A DNA stretch of 64,000 nucleotides. Origin: Leptolyngbyaceae cyanobacterium (lineage in GTDB: Bacteria; Cyanobacteriota; Cyanobacteriia; Phormidesmidales; Phormidesmidaceae). Shown one piece after another: positions 1-11,219 of the stretch. Within the stretch, counting starts at the first letter, position 1; each line of letters begins with the position of its first letter. The position numbers were made by a program, and so were the translations under genes. Location: assembly GCA_965263355.1 (NCBI GenBank), contig CBDHHL010000056.1, positions 288,001-352,000 on the forward strand, given 5' to 3'. The notes below the pieces were generated by a model that did not search any database, was not told the DNA's origin, and was given only the letters and a program-made list of their open reading frames with translations.

Positions 1-1
1 A

Positions 2-175
2 GCTGGTGGGGTTACGGCCAAGAATGTGGCGCTTATTCAGGAAGGTAGTTTTCTGTCTACTTTTAGCCATAAAGGCCGCATGAGTCAGCTGCTGGATAAT
101 GTGCCAGTGCATTTGGTAATTAATCAGGATGTCGGGTTGATTGGGGCAGCATTGCGAGCAGGGCAAATTGCATGA
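2..175 (+). CDS. glk: Glucokinase, C-terminal end (5' truncated by the window)
   Basis: Frame 2 reads AGGVTAKN...FSHKGRMSQLLDNVPVHLVINQDVGLIGAA, the typical Glk C-terminus; stop TGA at 173-175. Confidence 0.85.
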   Translation, partial: AGGVTAKNVALIQEGSFLSTFSHKGRMSQLLDNVPVHLVINQDVGLIGAALRAGQIA

Positions 176-180
176 ATTTG

Positions 181-216
181 TTGTGTAGGGGTATTGCATG
201 CAACACCCCTACACAA
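181..216. repeat. GTAG-type REP-like palindrome
   Basis: ttgtgtagggg-tattgcatgcaaca-cccctacacaa, an inverted repeat right after the glk stop. Confidence 0.75.
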
Positions 217-256
217 CCGCTACAATAGGGGGCCAACGTACAACGACTAAGACTCT

Positions 257-1021
257 ATGGCAGGTCATAGTAAATGGGCCAATATTAAACGTCAAAAGGC
301 GCGGGTTGATGCGGTTAAGGGCAAGGTCTTTGCCAAGCTGTCGCGGGAAATTATTGTAGCGGCCAAACATGGCGGTGGTGACCCGGATGGTAATTTTCAG
401 CTGCGGACGGCGATTGATAAGGCGAAGGCGGCAGGGGTGCCGAATGATAATATTGACCGTGCGATCGCAAAAGGTACTGGCAAACTGGGCAGCGACGCCG
501 ATTTAGAATCCATTCGCTATGAAGGGTATGGCCCTGGTGGGGTGGCTGTGTTGGTGGAAGCCCTCACGGATAATCGCAATCGGACAGCAGCTGATTTACG
601 GGCGGCCTTTAGCAAAAACGGCGGTAACCTGGGGGAAACAGGCTGTGTTGGCTGGATGTTTGACCAAAAGGGTGTGGTTGTCGTTGTTGGCAATCTCGAT
701 GAAGATGCCCTATTAGAAGCAGCCCTTGAAGGGGGCGCTGAGTCCTACGAACTGACGGAGGTAGATGAAGATACTCCCGGTGCAGAAGTATTTTGTTCTC
801 CCAGTGATCTAGAGACATTAAGCGATCATCTCAAAGTAGAAAGCTACAGGGTTAAAGATATTGAACTACGCTGGGTGCCCAGTAATACAGTGGATGTAAC
901 CGATACTGACCAGGCAAAGTCTCTTCTCAAAATGATGGATGCCCTAGAAGATATCGATGATGTGCAATCGGTAACCGCAAACTTTGACATGGGTGAAGAG
1001 ATCTTAGCCGCCGTTTTTTGA
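257..1021 (+). CDS. yebC: YebC/PmpR family protein
   Basis: MAGHSKWANIK start plus YEGYGPGG and TDNRNRT motifs. Confidence 0.97.
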   Translation: MAGHSKWANIKRQKARVDAVKGKVFAKLSREIIVAAKHGGGDPDGNFQLRTAIDKAKAAGVPNDNIDRAIAKGTGKLGSDADLESIRYEGYGPGGVAVLVEALTDNRNRTAADLRAAFSKNGGNLGETGCVGWMFDQKGVVVVVGNLDEDALLEAALEGGAESYELTEVDEDTPGAEVFCSPSDLETLSDHLKVESYRVKDIELRWVPSNTVDVTDTDQAKSLLKMMDALEDIDDVQSVTANFDMGEEILAAVF

Positions 1022-1596
1022 GTAGGGCAGTTGACAGTGGGTACCATTGGCATTAGCTAGCAAGTTAGCTATTACCCACCATGCATTAACCCGCGAGCCG
1101 TTTCGTGTTTAACTTAAATTGTTAAAGATATAGTGATTTGGCCTCTCGTACTTGCTGTGACTATCTGGAAAGTGGATATCCTTAAGTGCATATATCCTTG
1201 AAGTGTGTAGAAATAGGTTAGTGAACTTCAATGTTAGAGTCTCTTCTCGGTTTAACTGTCACTAGGAATCCGCTCCTTCTTTAATTTGGCCAGCCGATAC
1301 ACAGGATAGGTTGTAGAAGAAGAAATAGACCGACAACGAATAAAGGTGCTGCCTTCTTTTCAAAAACTTATAGTTCGTCATAACGTTCTAGAAGGCTACG
1401 TTGAGCAATATAGATTACTAGAAGCATCAGGTACTACTCCTACAGACTTTGAAGCACAAATTGCATCAATAGCTCAATCTGAAGCAATTGATGGATACTT
1501 GATTTTAGAGCCTTCAAATTAGAACATTAAAACATGCGAAACTGCGAAACTTAATTAATGAGGACATTTTTTAAGTAATCTACTAGGAGATCGCCC

Positions 1597-1824
1597 ATGG
1601 AAATGCGCACAATTACAGTTCGTGTAGATACTGAAACAGCAAGTGCTTACGAAGCTTCGTCAGAAATAGACCGACGCAAAATTGATTTATTGCTCAACCT
1701 AAAATTGAGAGAGGTAATCAGAAAAATTCGGTCTTTAGAGGAAGTAATGGAAGACATGAGTCGTAAAGCTCAGGAACGAGGATTAACTCCAGAAATACTT
1801 GATTCTATTTTAGCTGAGTCGTAA
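1597..1824 (+). CDS. Putative antitoxin
   Basis: 75 aa; GGAG RBS; AQERGLTPEIL C-terminus; ends 1 nt before a PIN gene. Confidence 0.7.
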   Translation: MEMRTITVRVDTETASAYEASSEIDRRKIDLLLNLKLREVIRKIRSLEEVMEDMSRKAQERGLTPEILDSILAES

Positions 1825-1825
1825 A

Positions 1826-2230
1826 TTGCGTTGTATTTTTAATACCAACACTATAGTTAGTGCCCTTCTTTTCAAGAATTCAGTGCCAGGAAGAGCACTT
1901 TATTATGCTTTGGCGAATGGAGTTACCTTGATTTCTTCAGAAACTATCGCTGAATTGGCAGAAGTTATCAATCATCCAAAATTCGATAAATATTTAACAT
2001 TTGAGGACCGTGAAGAATTTTTGGAAGCACTCCTATTAAGAGCAGAACTCATTGAAGTCTTCGAGAATTTGAAAATCTGTAGAGATCCTAAAGATGATAA
2101 GATTTTAAATCTTGCGGCAAACGGCAAAGCTGATTACAGCATCACTGGAGATGAGGATTTGCTAGTTTTGGGAATGTATCGTGATACCCGGATACTCAAT
2201 GCGAAGAATTTTCTAGAACTGTTTCCTTAG
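1826..2230 (+). CDS. PIN-domain toxin (VapC-like)
   Basis: FNTNTIVSAL, CRDPKDDKIL and ITGDEDLL motifs; TTG start. Confidence 0.85.
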   Translation: MRCIFNTNTIVSALLFKNSVPGRALYYALANGVTLISSETIAELAEVINHPKFDKYLTFEDREEFLEALLLRAELIEVFENLKICRDPKDDKILNLAANGKADYSITGDEDLLVLGMYRDTRILNAKNFLELFP

Positions 2231-2387
2231 CTAATATTATTTATCTTTTTATCCACATAATATTGCATAGAAGCGGGCGGATTAAAATTTGGCGTTAGTC
2301 AACACAATACAGACCACAGCTCAGTTCCACGTTACACTGGCCATGCGATATGGATATGAGTAACCATAGGCAAGATAGCCCTTAATT

Positions 2388-2990
2388 GTGGTCACCATGG
2401 CAGCTAACGGGATACAACAGACAACGATTGGATGGCAATTTCGCAAATTGAGCCAAAATATCTCGGAATGGATTGAACTGAGGCTATCGGGTAATAATCA
2501 ATCCGTTGAAGATACGTCCTCATTTGAGTTACCACTATGGCTGGGTAGCCTACTGCTGTGGTTATCAATTGTAGTGGGGGTGATAGTCGTCAGCTGGTTC
2601 CTCTGGCGGCTGTTGGTGTATTACCTGGACAATCGGTCCGCACCAGTACAGCGTCATCAGGCCCTGGTTGAGAAAGAACCAGCGCCAACGCTATCGGTGG
2701 CTGAATGGTTACGTCAGGCCCATCGTTGGGAACAGGAAGGCAACTGGCCAGCGGCCTGTCGGGCTCTGTATATGGCCGCATTACAACTGTTACACGATCG
2801 GAAATGGGTGTCTCATTCGGCTAGCCGTACCGATGGTGAGTATTTGCAAACCCTGACCCAGGTTGCTCACCCACGTCCCTATCAATTATTGATTCGGACC
2901 CATGAGCGGGCTGAATTTGGCGGAGTTTTACCCACGGCTGAAAATCTAAAGCGGTGCCAACATGCCTATCGGGAGATTGAGAAAAAATGA
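2388..2990 (+). CDS. DUF4129 domain membrane protein
   Basis: One TM helix, then ACRALYMAAL...SRTDGEY; first gene of the MoxR operon. Confidence 0.8.
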   Translation: MVTMAANGIQQTTIGWQFRKLSQNISEWIELRLSGNNQSVEDTSSFELPLWLGSLLLWLSIVVGVIVVSWFLWRLLVYYLDNRSAPVQRHQALVEKEPAPTLSVAEWLRQAHRWEQEGNWPAACRALYMAALQLLHDRKWVSHSASRTDGEYLQTLTQVAHPRPYQLLIRTHERAEFGGVLPTAENLKRCQHAYREIEKK

Positions 2991-4129
2991 CAGTACGGTG
3001 GCAGAGTAATCGCTATATTTGGCTGGGCCTGATTACCCTGGCAGTGCTGTGCTTTTTTTTGGTAATTTTTGCACCTAGCAGCGGTATTAAAGTCCATGGT
3101 TCTACCTACAGTCGTGCTCCGGAAGGTTACCTGGGCTGGTATCAGTATATGCAGGCACAAGGCACGCCTGTGCAACGTTGGCAGCGTCCTCCTGAGGAGC
3201 TACTAGCAGAAAACTCTGACGATGGTCCCCATACGCTCTTGCAGATTTACTCTGGTCTGGTGTCTAGAAGCTTAGTGCTCGCTCCGGATTGGGTGGATGA
3301 CTGGTTGGCTGCTGGGAATACATTAGTAGTACTGGGTATCCATCAACCGGTTACAGAGGCTAAATTTAGGACAAGACAATCCAGTGACCAGGGAGGCGTG
3401 GTGGTAATGACCCGAAGACGTCGTACCACTCCCAATGCGGTTCAGTCCTTAGGAGACCGCTATGGGGCTGTTGTTTGGCAGCAAGAACGAGAGTCGGGGA
3501 CGGTGGTGCTGGCTACGACCCCTCACCTGGCGGCCAATGCCTATGAGGCTGTACCTGGTAATTATGCGTTCTTAGCCGAACTAGTGACTAAAACTGAGGG
3601 GACGATCTGGGTAGATGAGTTTTTGCATGGCTATAAAGCCCCGGATGTCATCCTTGAAGATGCCATTGGTACCTGGGAAGACTATTTATCTAAAACCCCT
3701 GTTATGGCTGTGTTGATTCAATTGGGGATAATGACGGGAGTTTTTATTCTGGCGCAAAATCGTCGGTTAGGAACCCGCACACTGGTAAAATCCCCGGTGG
3801 TGGATAACAGCCGGGTTTATATTGATGCGCTGGCAGCGGTGTTACATAAGGCTGGGAGTTCAACCTTTATGGTAGATGCGATCGCAAAAGCCGAACGCCT
3901 CGATCTACAAAAGGAACTAGGTCTGGGTCCAACGGAGACAGACGATGCTTCACTCCAGCAGGCCTGGACCCAAAACACCGGCCAAGGGTCAGAGATATTA
4001 ACGCCGCTGCTCAAACCCCCTCGACCCGGAAAACCAGTGTCAGACAGTCAGATGAATCAATGGCTCGCCAATTTACGACAGATTCGACAGCACATAGCCA
4101 GGTTTAAAGGTGGAAAACAACAACCATGA
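2987..4129 (+). CDS. DUF4350 domain protein
   Basis: N-terminal [21 protein letters not shown] and a C-terminal TM; ATGA overlaps at both ends. Confidence 0.8.
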   Translation: MTVRWQSNRYIWLGLITLAVLCFFLVIFAPSSGIKVHGSTYSRAPEGYLGWYQYMQAQGTPVQRWQRPPEELLAENSDDGPHTLLQIYSGLVSRSLVLAPDWVDDWLAAGNTLVVLGIHQPVTEAKFRTRQSSDQGGVVVMTRRRRTTPNAVQSLGDRYGAVVWQQERESGTVVLATTPHLAANAYEAVPGNYAFLAELVTKTEGTIWVDEFLHGYKAPDVILEDAIGTWEDYLSKTPVMAVLIQLGIMTGVFILAQNRRLGTRTLVKSPVVDNSRVYIDALAAVLHKAGSSTFMVDAIAKAERLDLQKELGLGPTETDDASLQQAWTQNTGQGSEILTPLLKPPRPGKPVSDSQMNQWLANLRQIRQHIARFKGGKQQP

Positions 4130-5076
4130 GTGAACTGCAAACCAGCATTAAAGAGATTGGCCAAACCCTGGAAACCGTTATTGTGGGTCAGTCAGCCCTG
4201 GTCAATCAGCTACTGGTGTCTCTGTTAGCGGGGGGACATGTAATTTTAGAAGGGGTGCCTGGTACCGGTAAAACCCTGATGGTTAAAGTAATTGCCCGCT
4301 TAATTCAGGCAGACTTTTGTCGCATTCAATTAACTCCCGACATTTTACCTTCAGATATTTTAGGCACCAATGTATTTGACTTAAATACGCGGGACTTCAC
4401 CCTCAAAAAAGGTCCTATTTTTACCCAGGTGTTGCTGGCCGATGAAGTTAATCGTACCCCACCTAAAACCCAGGCAGCTCTGTTAGAGGCCATGGAAGAA
4501 CAGCAGGTCACCTTGGATGGTGTGAGACATCCGTTGCCCGATCTCTTTTGGGTAATCGCCACCCAAAACTCTCTAGAGTTTGAAGGGACCTACCCGTTGC
4601 CCGAAGCCCAGTTGGATCGTTTTCTCTTTAAGCTAATTGTCGATTATCCAGAGCCCAAAGCCGAGAAACAAATGTTGCGCAATGCCCAGGCAGGTTTCGA
4701 AGCCCGACGGTTAAACATTAAAAATTTGCAAGCCATTACCCAGGCCATCGATATTTTGAAAGCTCGCCAAGGGGTAAAAAAAATCACTGTCCAAGATCCG
4801 ATCCTGGACTATATTCTGGCCCTGGTCCAGGCCACCCGAAAGTCGGCAGATCTGTCTCTGGGAGCCTCTCCTCGGTCAGCCGTCAGTTGGCTTCAGGCGA
4901 GCAAAGCCCATGCCTGGCTAGCGGGGCAAACCTACGTCACCCCTGATAATGTTAAGGCTGTGGCCCTACCATTACTCCGTCATCGACTGATTATGGGCCC
5001 TGAAGCCCAGTTGGATGGCCTCACCCCGGATGCGGTGATTGACGGCATCCTCAACCGCATTGCTGTGCCTAGATAG
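4126..5076 (+). CDS. moxR: MoxR family AAA+ ATPase
   Basis: Walker [27 protein letters not shown]. Confidence 0.95.
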   Translation: MSELQTSIKEIGQTLETVIVGQSALVNQLLVSLLAGGHVILEGVPGTGKTLMVKVIARLIQADFCRIQLTPDILPSDILGTNVFDLNTRDFTLKKGPIFTQVLLADEVNRTPPKTQAALLEAMEEQQVTLDGVRHPLPDLFWVIATQNSLEFEGTYPLPEAQLDRFLFKLIVDYPEPKAEKQMLRNAQAGFEARRLNIKNLQAITQAIDILKARQGVKKITVQDPILDYILALVQATRKSADLSLGASPRSAVSWLQASKAHAWLAGQTYVTPDNVKAVALPLLRHRLIMGPEAQLDGLTPDAVIDGILNRIAVPR

Positions 5077-5084
5077 GGAATACC

Positions 5085-6404
5085 ATGACGCCTACCTCAC
5101 GACTGTATTGGCTGATGGCAATGGGGGGGGCTGTGGCAGCTCTACTCCAGGGCGTTTCCCAGACCACATCTCCAGCGATCATTGTGCTCTGGATGCTGGC
5201 TTTTGACGGTGTACTGCTAGGGCTGATGTTGCTGGACGGGGTGTTGGTCGGTCAGGCAAAACGGCCCACCGTAGAGCGAGAACCACTCCATCGGCTCTCC
5301 ATTGGTCGAGATAACAAGGTGACGATCACCATTGCCACTAAAGCCACCCCCGCCCAGTTACAAATCTATGATCGTTATCCTAGCCAGTTGGGGGAAATCG
5401 CTATGCCCCTGCAGGTGGACTGCGGTGCTAAGGTGCGATCGCAAGTAACTTACACAGTACACCCGCAACAGCGGGGAGAATTTCAATGGGGTGATCTAGA
5501 AATACGACAGCGAGGTCCTCTGCACCTGGCTTGGCGTAGTTGGCGCATTCCCCAGGCACAAACGGTAGCCGTCTATCCAGATTTGGTCGGTTTAGAGGCC
5601 CTGTCAGTGCAGCTAGCTATTCAGTCAACGGGCACGGTGCGGCAGCGCAAACGCATTGGCATCGGTACCGAGTTTGCAGAATTGCGAGAATATGGCATCG
5701 GCGATGATCCTCGCCTGATTGATTGGAAAGCCACGGCACGGCGTAGTACGCCCCTGGTGCGAGTATTGGAACCAGAACGTGAACAAACCTTGATTGTGTT
5801 GCTGGATCGGGGCCGGTTAATGACGGCCCGAGTTAAGGGACTGTCACGGTTTGACTGGGGGATCAATGCTACCCTTTCCCTGGCTCTGGCTGGATTATAC
5901 CGGGGTGATCGTGTCGGTATTGGCGTGTTTGATCGGCAGATGCAAACCTGGGTGCCGCCTACCGGTGGTCAGCAACACTTACAGCATTTGATCAAGACAC
6001 TGACGCCTCTACAGCCCGTTTTATTAGAATCTGACTATTTGGGGGCCGTCACCCAGGTAGCCACTCAGCAACACCGTCGAGCCCTGGTGGTGGTGATTAC
6101 TGACATTGTTGATCAGACTGCATCGGCAGAGCTGTTAACCGCCCTCACCCGTCTCAAAGCCCGCCATCTGCCATTTTGTGTCACCTTGCGAGATCCCCAG
6201 GTAGACCGCCAGGCCCATCACTTTGAAACAACTGTTTCTGCGGCCTATGAACGAGCAGTGGCCCTAGACTTATTAAATCAACGTCAAATTGCCTTTGCCC
6301 AGCTAAAGCAAAGTGGTGTATTGGTGTTGGATGCTCCTGCCGATAAAATTCGCGACCCCTTGATAGACAACTATCTACGCATTAAAGCCAGAAACCGATT
6401 ATAA
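5085..6404 (+). CDS. DUF58 (vWA-like) protein
   Basis: GTEFAELREYGIGDDPRLIDWKATAR; follows moxR. Confidence 0.9.
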   Translation: MTPTSRLYWLMAMGGAVAALLQGVSQTTSPAIIVLWMLAFDGVLLGLMLLDGVLVGQAKRPTVEREPLHRLSIGRDNKVTITIATKATPAQLQIYDRYPSQLGEIAMPLQVDCGAKVRSQVTYTVHPQQRGEFQWGDLEIRQRGPLHLAWRSWRIPQAQTVAVYPDLVGLEALSVQLAIQSTGTVRQRKRIGIGTEFAELREYGIGDDPRLIDWKATARRSTPLVRVLEPEREQTLIVLLDRGRLMTARVKGLSRFDWGINATLSLALAGLYRGDRVGIGVFDRQMQTWVPPTGGQQHLQHLIKTLTPLQPVLLESDYLGAVTQVATQQHRRALVVVITDIVDQTASAELLTALTRLKARHLPFCVTLRDPQVDRQAHHFETTVSAAYERAVALDLLNQRQIAFAQLKQSGVLVLDAPADKIRDPLIDNYLRIKARNRL

Positions 6405-6588
6405 GTGTGTTAGATTTAGCACCGTTACTTTTCTAGCAGTAGAAGCTTCCAAAAATATTACCAAGGTACATACCTCACCAGATAGAGAAACAGAAGTAAC
6501 AGATTATTCTATCTTTACGTCTTCAATCTCCAATTATTGAACATTATTGACTGGTAAATCGGTGACTAATCAAGATATATTCTCTTAT

Positions 6589-6750
6589 TTATTCAGTCCA
6601 TCTGTAGAAGTCTGTAGAAGAGATATCCTCATTCCTGTGGACTGGCCAAACTTTAATAGTCTCATCAGCGCTACCACTAAAAAGACTTTGCCCATCTAGA
6701 CTAAATGCCATTGACCAAGTGGGTTTAAGGTATCCTTTTAGCATTTGAGT
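6589..6750 (-). pseudogene. WD40 repeat remnant
   Basis: Minus strand reads MLKGYLKPTWSMAFSLDGQSLFSGSADETIKVW..., a single WD40 blade with no intact surrounding gene. Confidence 0.65.
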
Positions 6751-6818
6751 GGGGTGCTCTTCAGGGACCTACAATGGCATAGGCAACTGATTTTGGAGTT
6801 TCATCAATCTTTGGAGCA

Positions 6819-7823
6819 CTAACTTCTTCGCCCTGAGTTTGCATTGCCAATCAAACAATATCTCACTAGTCCTGCAAACAAGAGAGTCCCAACCAAATAC
6901 TTCACGGGAGAAGGTATTAACGGACTGGGGGAAAAGAACCCTTCGATAATGCCAGCAATAATCAGCATTGGGACAATGCCATAGACTAACTTAGCAGCCT
7001 GCAGTCCGTAGACCTTGAGGGCATCCAGACGACGATATTGCCCCGGTAGTAAGATAGCCCTGGCCAGAATTAACCCAGCGCCACCGGCCATAAAAATTGC
7101 GGGCAGTTCCAATGAACCATGGGGAAAGACAAAGGCCCACAGCTCATAGGCCAAATTTGTTTGGGCCACCAAGGTAGCTACAGAGCCAATCATCAGACCA
7201 TTAAACACGAGCAAATAAAGCGTAAATACACCTGGTGGAGTAAAGATAGGAATGGTCCACACAAAAAATGTAATACCGCCAACAATGGCCTTTAAGGCAA
7301 CACCAATGTTGTTGATGGTAATGGAGCTAGAGGCAATGGGTTCTTGACCTAAAATTGAAACGGTCCACAGTTCCTCAGATTCGCGGACAGACTCGACAAA
7401 ATCTGGCCCGAGCACCAGGGACATAAAGGTGGGGTCTTGCCATGAATACCACCAAGCAATTAGACCACTGATGATAAAAAGGGCAGTTGCGATCGCAATA
7501 TACCCCCAAGACTGCCGTATCACTGCTGGAAACCCGTAACAATAAAACTCCAGTACTGCCTGCCAATTTTGACGGCGAGACCCCTGATAAATCTGACCAT
7601 ATCCTCGTGATGTCAGCGCCTGTAAATCCTGCACTAGAGTTTCTCCCATCTGCTGGGTACGAGCCCGAGCCAAATCAGCCGACACCGAACGATAGAGACT
7701 GGCCAGGATCTTGATATTATCCGTGTCCAAGGACGCCAACCCATGGGTTTCCGCCTGACGTAATAATGTATCTAGCTGTTGCCAACTGGGTTCACGGCGA
7801 GCAATCCAACGTTGAATATTCAT
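6819..7823 (-). CDS. SpoIIM/DUF95 family membrane protein
   Basis: LYRSVSADLARAR, PHGSLELPAI and AGIIEGFFSP motifs. Confidence 0.9.
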   Translation of the reverse strand: MNIQRWIARREPSWQQLDTLLRQAETHGLASLDTDNIKILASLYRSVSADLARARTQQMGETLVQDLQALTSRGYGQIYQGSRRQNWQAVLEFYCYGFPAVIRQSWGYIAIATALFIISGLIAWWYSWQDPTFMSLVLGPDFVESVRESEELWTVSILGQEPIASSSITINNIGVALKAIVGGITFFVWTIPIFTPPGVFTLYLLVFNGLMIGSVATLVAQTNLAYELWAFVFPHGSLELPAIFMAGGAGLILARAILLPGQYRRLDALKVYGLQAAKLVYGIVPMLIIAGIIEGFFSPSPLIPSPVKYLVGTLLFAGLVRYCLIGNANSGRRS

Positions 7824-7924
7824 TAAATAATGTGCATTATGACCATTTTTAGAAGGTTTGACCTACCCTTAGGATAACGTTGGGAAAGATATGCTGACGA
7901 ACTTTCTGTTATTGCTTAATTCTT

Positions 7925-8770
7925 ATGACAATCAATCCTACCGGTCGTCTGCGACCTCTCAACATCGGTAACGTCGTGAGTGTTGGTATTAGTTTATACC
8001 GGACTAATTTTAAGACCTATTCTGGCCTGGCACTCAAATCCCTGCTCTGGTATCTCATACCAGTTTATGGTTGGGCCCGCAGTCTTATGATTCTGGGACA
8101 AATTGGTCGCTTAGGCTTCAAAGAAATGGTGCGTGAGCCCGAAACGGTGAAGCAGGCATTGCGACAGGTAATACCCCGTATGTGGGCATTTCTTGGTATT
8201 GCCATGCTGGTAGGGTTAATTCAGTTTGGTATCAATATCGGTCTTTCTATGGTTAGGGGAATTGTATCGCTTCCCGTATTATTTTTAGCCGGCATAGGGG
8301 ATGCCGGAGCGGCGATATCAGGGCTACTGCAGCTACTATTGCTGCTGATATTTTTGGCGATTCAAATCTGGTTTCAGGCCCGCTTTTGGCTCTATGACCT
8401 GCTGCTGGCGGTAGAAACAGACCTGGAGGCAACCCAGGCAATTTCAAGAAGTTGGAAATTGACCCAAGGGTCATCCTTTAGGGTACAGCTGGTCTTTTTA
8501 ATTACCTATGTGATTATGTTACCGCTGATTATCCTTAGCTTTATTCCTTTTCTCTTCACCATTCCCTATTTTGCTACCTTTTCACCAGAGAACCCGGATC
8601 CAACTTTCTTTTTAGTAATCCTGTTGGCAACGTTAGCATTTTTGCTATTACTCTTTGTGATTAGCATTGTTACTGTTCCTTTCTGGCAATCTGTCAAAAC
8701 TGCCCTGTATTATGACTGCCGCAGTCGTAAAGAAGGATTAGACCTAGAGCTAAGAAAACGTAAAACATAA
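7925..8770 (+). CDS. Multi-pass membrane protein of the MoxR/RDD cluster
   Basis: LRPLNIGNVV start, AISRSWKL and LYYDCRSRKEGLDL. Confidence 0.8.
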   Translation: MTINPTGRLRPLNIGNVVSVGISLYRTNFKTYSGLALKSLLWYLIPVYGWARSLMILGQIGRLGFKEMVREPETVKQALRQVIPRMWAFLGIAMLVGLIQFGINIGLSMVRGIVSLPVLFLAGIGDAGAAISGLLQLLLLLIFLAIQIWFQARFWLYDLLLAVETDLEATQAISRSWKLTQGSSFRVQLVFLITYVIMLPLIILSFIPFLFTIPYFATFSPENPDPTFFLVILLATLAFLLLLFVISIVTVPFWQSVKTALYYDCRSRKEGLDLELRKRKT

Positions 8771-9576
8771 TGAAGCTCTTTAATACAGTTAAGATTCAAA
8801 CGCCAGAAAGTGTAGAGTTAGAGTTTGTCCTGGCAGGGATTGGCAGTCGTGCCCTGGCTCTAGTAGTTGACTATGTGATTGTTCTGTTGTCACTGTCAGT
8901 GCTGTCCGTTATCGCCTCAATTTTCCGAGCCCAGTTTACTGCCATTGCTACCTGGTTGGGGGGAGATACCGACAGCGTTGAGCTATGGTTAACAGCAATT
9001 TTTATTGCGCTGAGTTTTGCGGTTTCGAGTGGTTATTTTGTTGGCTTTGAATGTTTATGGCAGGGCCAAACCCCTGGTAAGCGCTTTACTAAAATTCGGG
9101 TAATTCGGGATAATGGCCAGCCAGAAGGCCTTTTTCAAGCTAGTCTACGGGCATTGCTGAGGCCGATTGACGATAGTCTTTTTCTGGGTTTTTTTTGTAT
9201 TCTTTTGGGGCAGCAAGAAAAACGTATTGGTGACTGGTTGGCAGGAACTCTAGTGGTCCAAATAGGAGAACCAGAAAGTAAACAAAACCTGCAGGTTTCG
9301 GAAGCGGCCAAGGCGTTGTCTACCTATCTAGTAGAAGAAGCAGATATGGATCAGCTTTTGATTGATGATTTTACAATTATCCGAGAGTATCTGCAACGGC
9401 GGGCTAGCTTAGCCTCAGACGCACGCAAAACGTTGAGTGTCAAGCTAGCTCGTGATGTGCGCTCAGTATTAGCCCTAGAAAAATTACCCCGCGACAAGAT
9501 GCCCGCCGATGAATTTTTGGAAGCGGTGTATTGGGCCTATCAGCAACAGCTAGGTGAACGTCGTTCTTATCGATAG
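8770..9576 (+). CDS. RDD family protein
   Basis: TPESVEL, LAGIGSRALALVVD, GQTPGKR, RIGDWLAGTLVV. Confidence 0.92.
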   Translation: MKLFNTVKIQTPESVELEFVLAGIGSRALALVVDYVIVLLSLSVLSVIASIFRAQFTAIATWLGGDTDSVELWLTAIFIALSFAVSSGYFVGFECLWQGQTPGKRFTKIRVIRDNGQPEGLFQASLRALLRPIDDSLFLGFFCILLGQQEKRIGDWLAGTLVVQIGEPESKQNLQVSEAAKALSTYLVEEADMDQLLIDDFTIIREYLQRRASLASDARKTLSVKLARDVRSVLALEKLPRDKMPADEFLEAVYWAYQQQLGERRSYR

Positions 9577-9596
9577 TAGTTTCTGTTTGAGTTGAA

Positions 9597-10464
9597 CTCA
9601 GATCTTGCAGTTTCTTAAGTCAGTCTCATACTGCGACAGGCACCCGTCCAATGTTGACCGAGATTCCCAACTTAGCGAGAATCGGTTGAATCCGCTTAGA
9701 TTCTTGTAGAAAGCAGGCAACTACCTCTTGGGGGAATAGATCATCACGAGCATCTTGAGCGGCTTGTTGCCCATCCAAAGTGGTTTGCCCTGAGGCTAAG
9801 AAGTGCCAGTGCGTCACTAGATAACTGATTAATGAGAGAATCCACCATCGGTACATCCCCAAACGAGTACCCTGCCCAAAACAATTCCAGCCAAATTGAT
9901 GTTTGAGCGTTTTGAAACAGGCCTCTATCGCCCATCGACGTTTGCCTAATCGGACAATATAGGCCCCACTGAGAGACTCAGTGACCACCACAAAGTGTTG
10001 GTCTCGCTGTCCGGTTGTCTCATGCTTGAGCCAAAACCAAGAGACACTCACCCAGTTGTCTAGGCCCTTGAGTTGGACTCGTTGTCCTCGCTCCAAAAGG
10101 TCTAAAACAGCGCGACCATCTTCTAAACACCGGTCACAGCAAACACTTTCGACGGGTCGCTTGAATGGCTTTTCCGGTCGGCCAACCGTATCGATTGAGA
10201 AATCGACTCAACGCCGATTCTGACTTCGTTTTTCCTGACCTAGATCGAGGGCGCTGATGCTCTAAAAATAAGGCCAATAGACATTGCAAACTTGCCTTCA
10301 TATGCACACTCGGCATCAGGGCAATGAGACGATAGACTAAGTCTTGGGCGTGGTTTTCCATCCTTTGAACCGTTGGTAGACCACGTCTGTTTTCTCAGAA
10401 ATTCGGCACTTTTTACTGATTTATACGTACTACTATCTTGCGTGAGACGGGTGCAAGATCTAAG
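9597..10464 (-). mobile_element. Internally deleted IS (IS701/IS4-like DDE transposase)
   Basis: Terminal inverted repeats ctcagatcttgca (9597-9609) and tgcaagatctaag (10452-10464); transposase N-part (10134-10361) and C-part with RRWAIEACFKTLKHQFG (9626-10096) in different frames; element is only 868 bp. Confidence 0.85.
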
Positions 10465-11206
10465 TATTACATTCTTGCTTCAATATGAGTGGCCCACATC
10501 ACCAGAAAAGCTCACCATTCAATACAACTTATTTCCCCCTAACATCAAACAGGCTCAAGCTTTAGCCGCTATCACCCAGGGTGATAGTACACGCAATGTT
10601 GTCTTTACCCCTGAAAACAATACGCTAGAAATAGCAGACACCATACCCTGGCAACAACAGTTTCTTAGTTTTTTCCGACTGGGCGTAGAGCACATTTTCA
10701 CTGGTTATGATCACATCCTATTTTTAATCGCCTTGCTCTTACCAGGTGGGCGTTTATCATAATTACTCAAAATTGTGACTGCCTTTACCATCGCCCATTC
10801 TCTCACACTTACCTTAGCCGCTCTGAACATTGTCACGTTACCTACAGCCTTTGTAGAGAGTGTTATTGCCCTCTCAATTGTTTATGTCGCTATCGAAAAT
10901 CTGTGGCGTAAATAGATAAATCACCGTCCCTGGCTTACATTCGGCTTTGGCCTGATCCACGGTCTCAGATTCGCCAATATTCTGAGAGACCTTTCCTAAG
11001 GCCAAAACAACCTGCTGCTATCCTTGGCTAGCTTTAATCTGGGCATAGAAATAGGCCAGATTGTCATTGTGGCATTGGCATTCTACAGCCTGAAACGTTT
11101 ACAAAAATACCAAGGAGAACTAGTTCTACGCTATGGAATTTCGGTACTGATGATTCTTTTAGGGAGTATCTGGTTTGCAGAACGAGCCCTTGCCGTAAGC
11201 TTGTAA
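10465..11206 (+). pseudogene. HupE/UreJ family transporter pseudogene
   Basis: One frame gives GVEHIFTGYDHILFL, AFTIAHSLTL, FGFGLIHG and FNLGIEIGQ with in-frame stops at 10760, 10913 and 10997; the 5' end is replaced by the IS. Confidence 0.88.
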
Positions 11207-11219
11207 ATATAAACAATAG

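Noticed and set aside
1310..1522. Open frame EEEIDRQRIKVLP...LEPSN*
   Set aside because: No convincing start or RBS and no recognisable family; probably a gene remnant
10373..10762. 129-aa ORF as a real gene
   Set aside because: It is a chimera starting inside the IS end and running into the HupE/UreJ remnant
10760..10999. Stop-codon recoding in HupE/UreJ
   Set aside because: TAA and TAG terminate other genes normally and the gene also lacks its 5' end, so pseudogenisation is the simpler explanation
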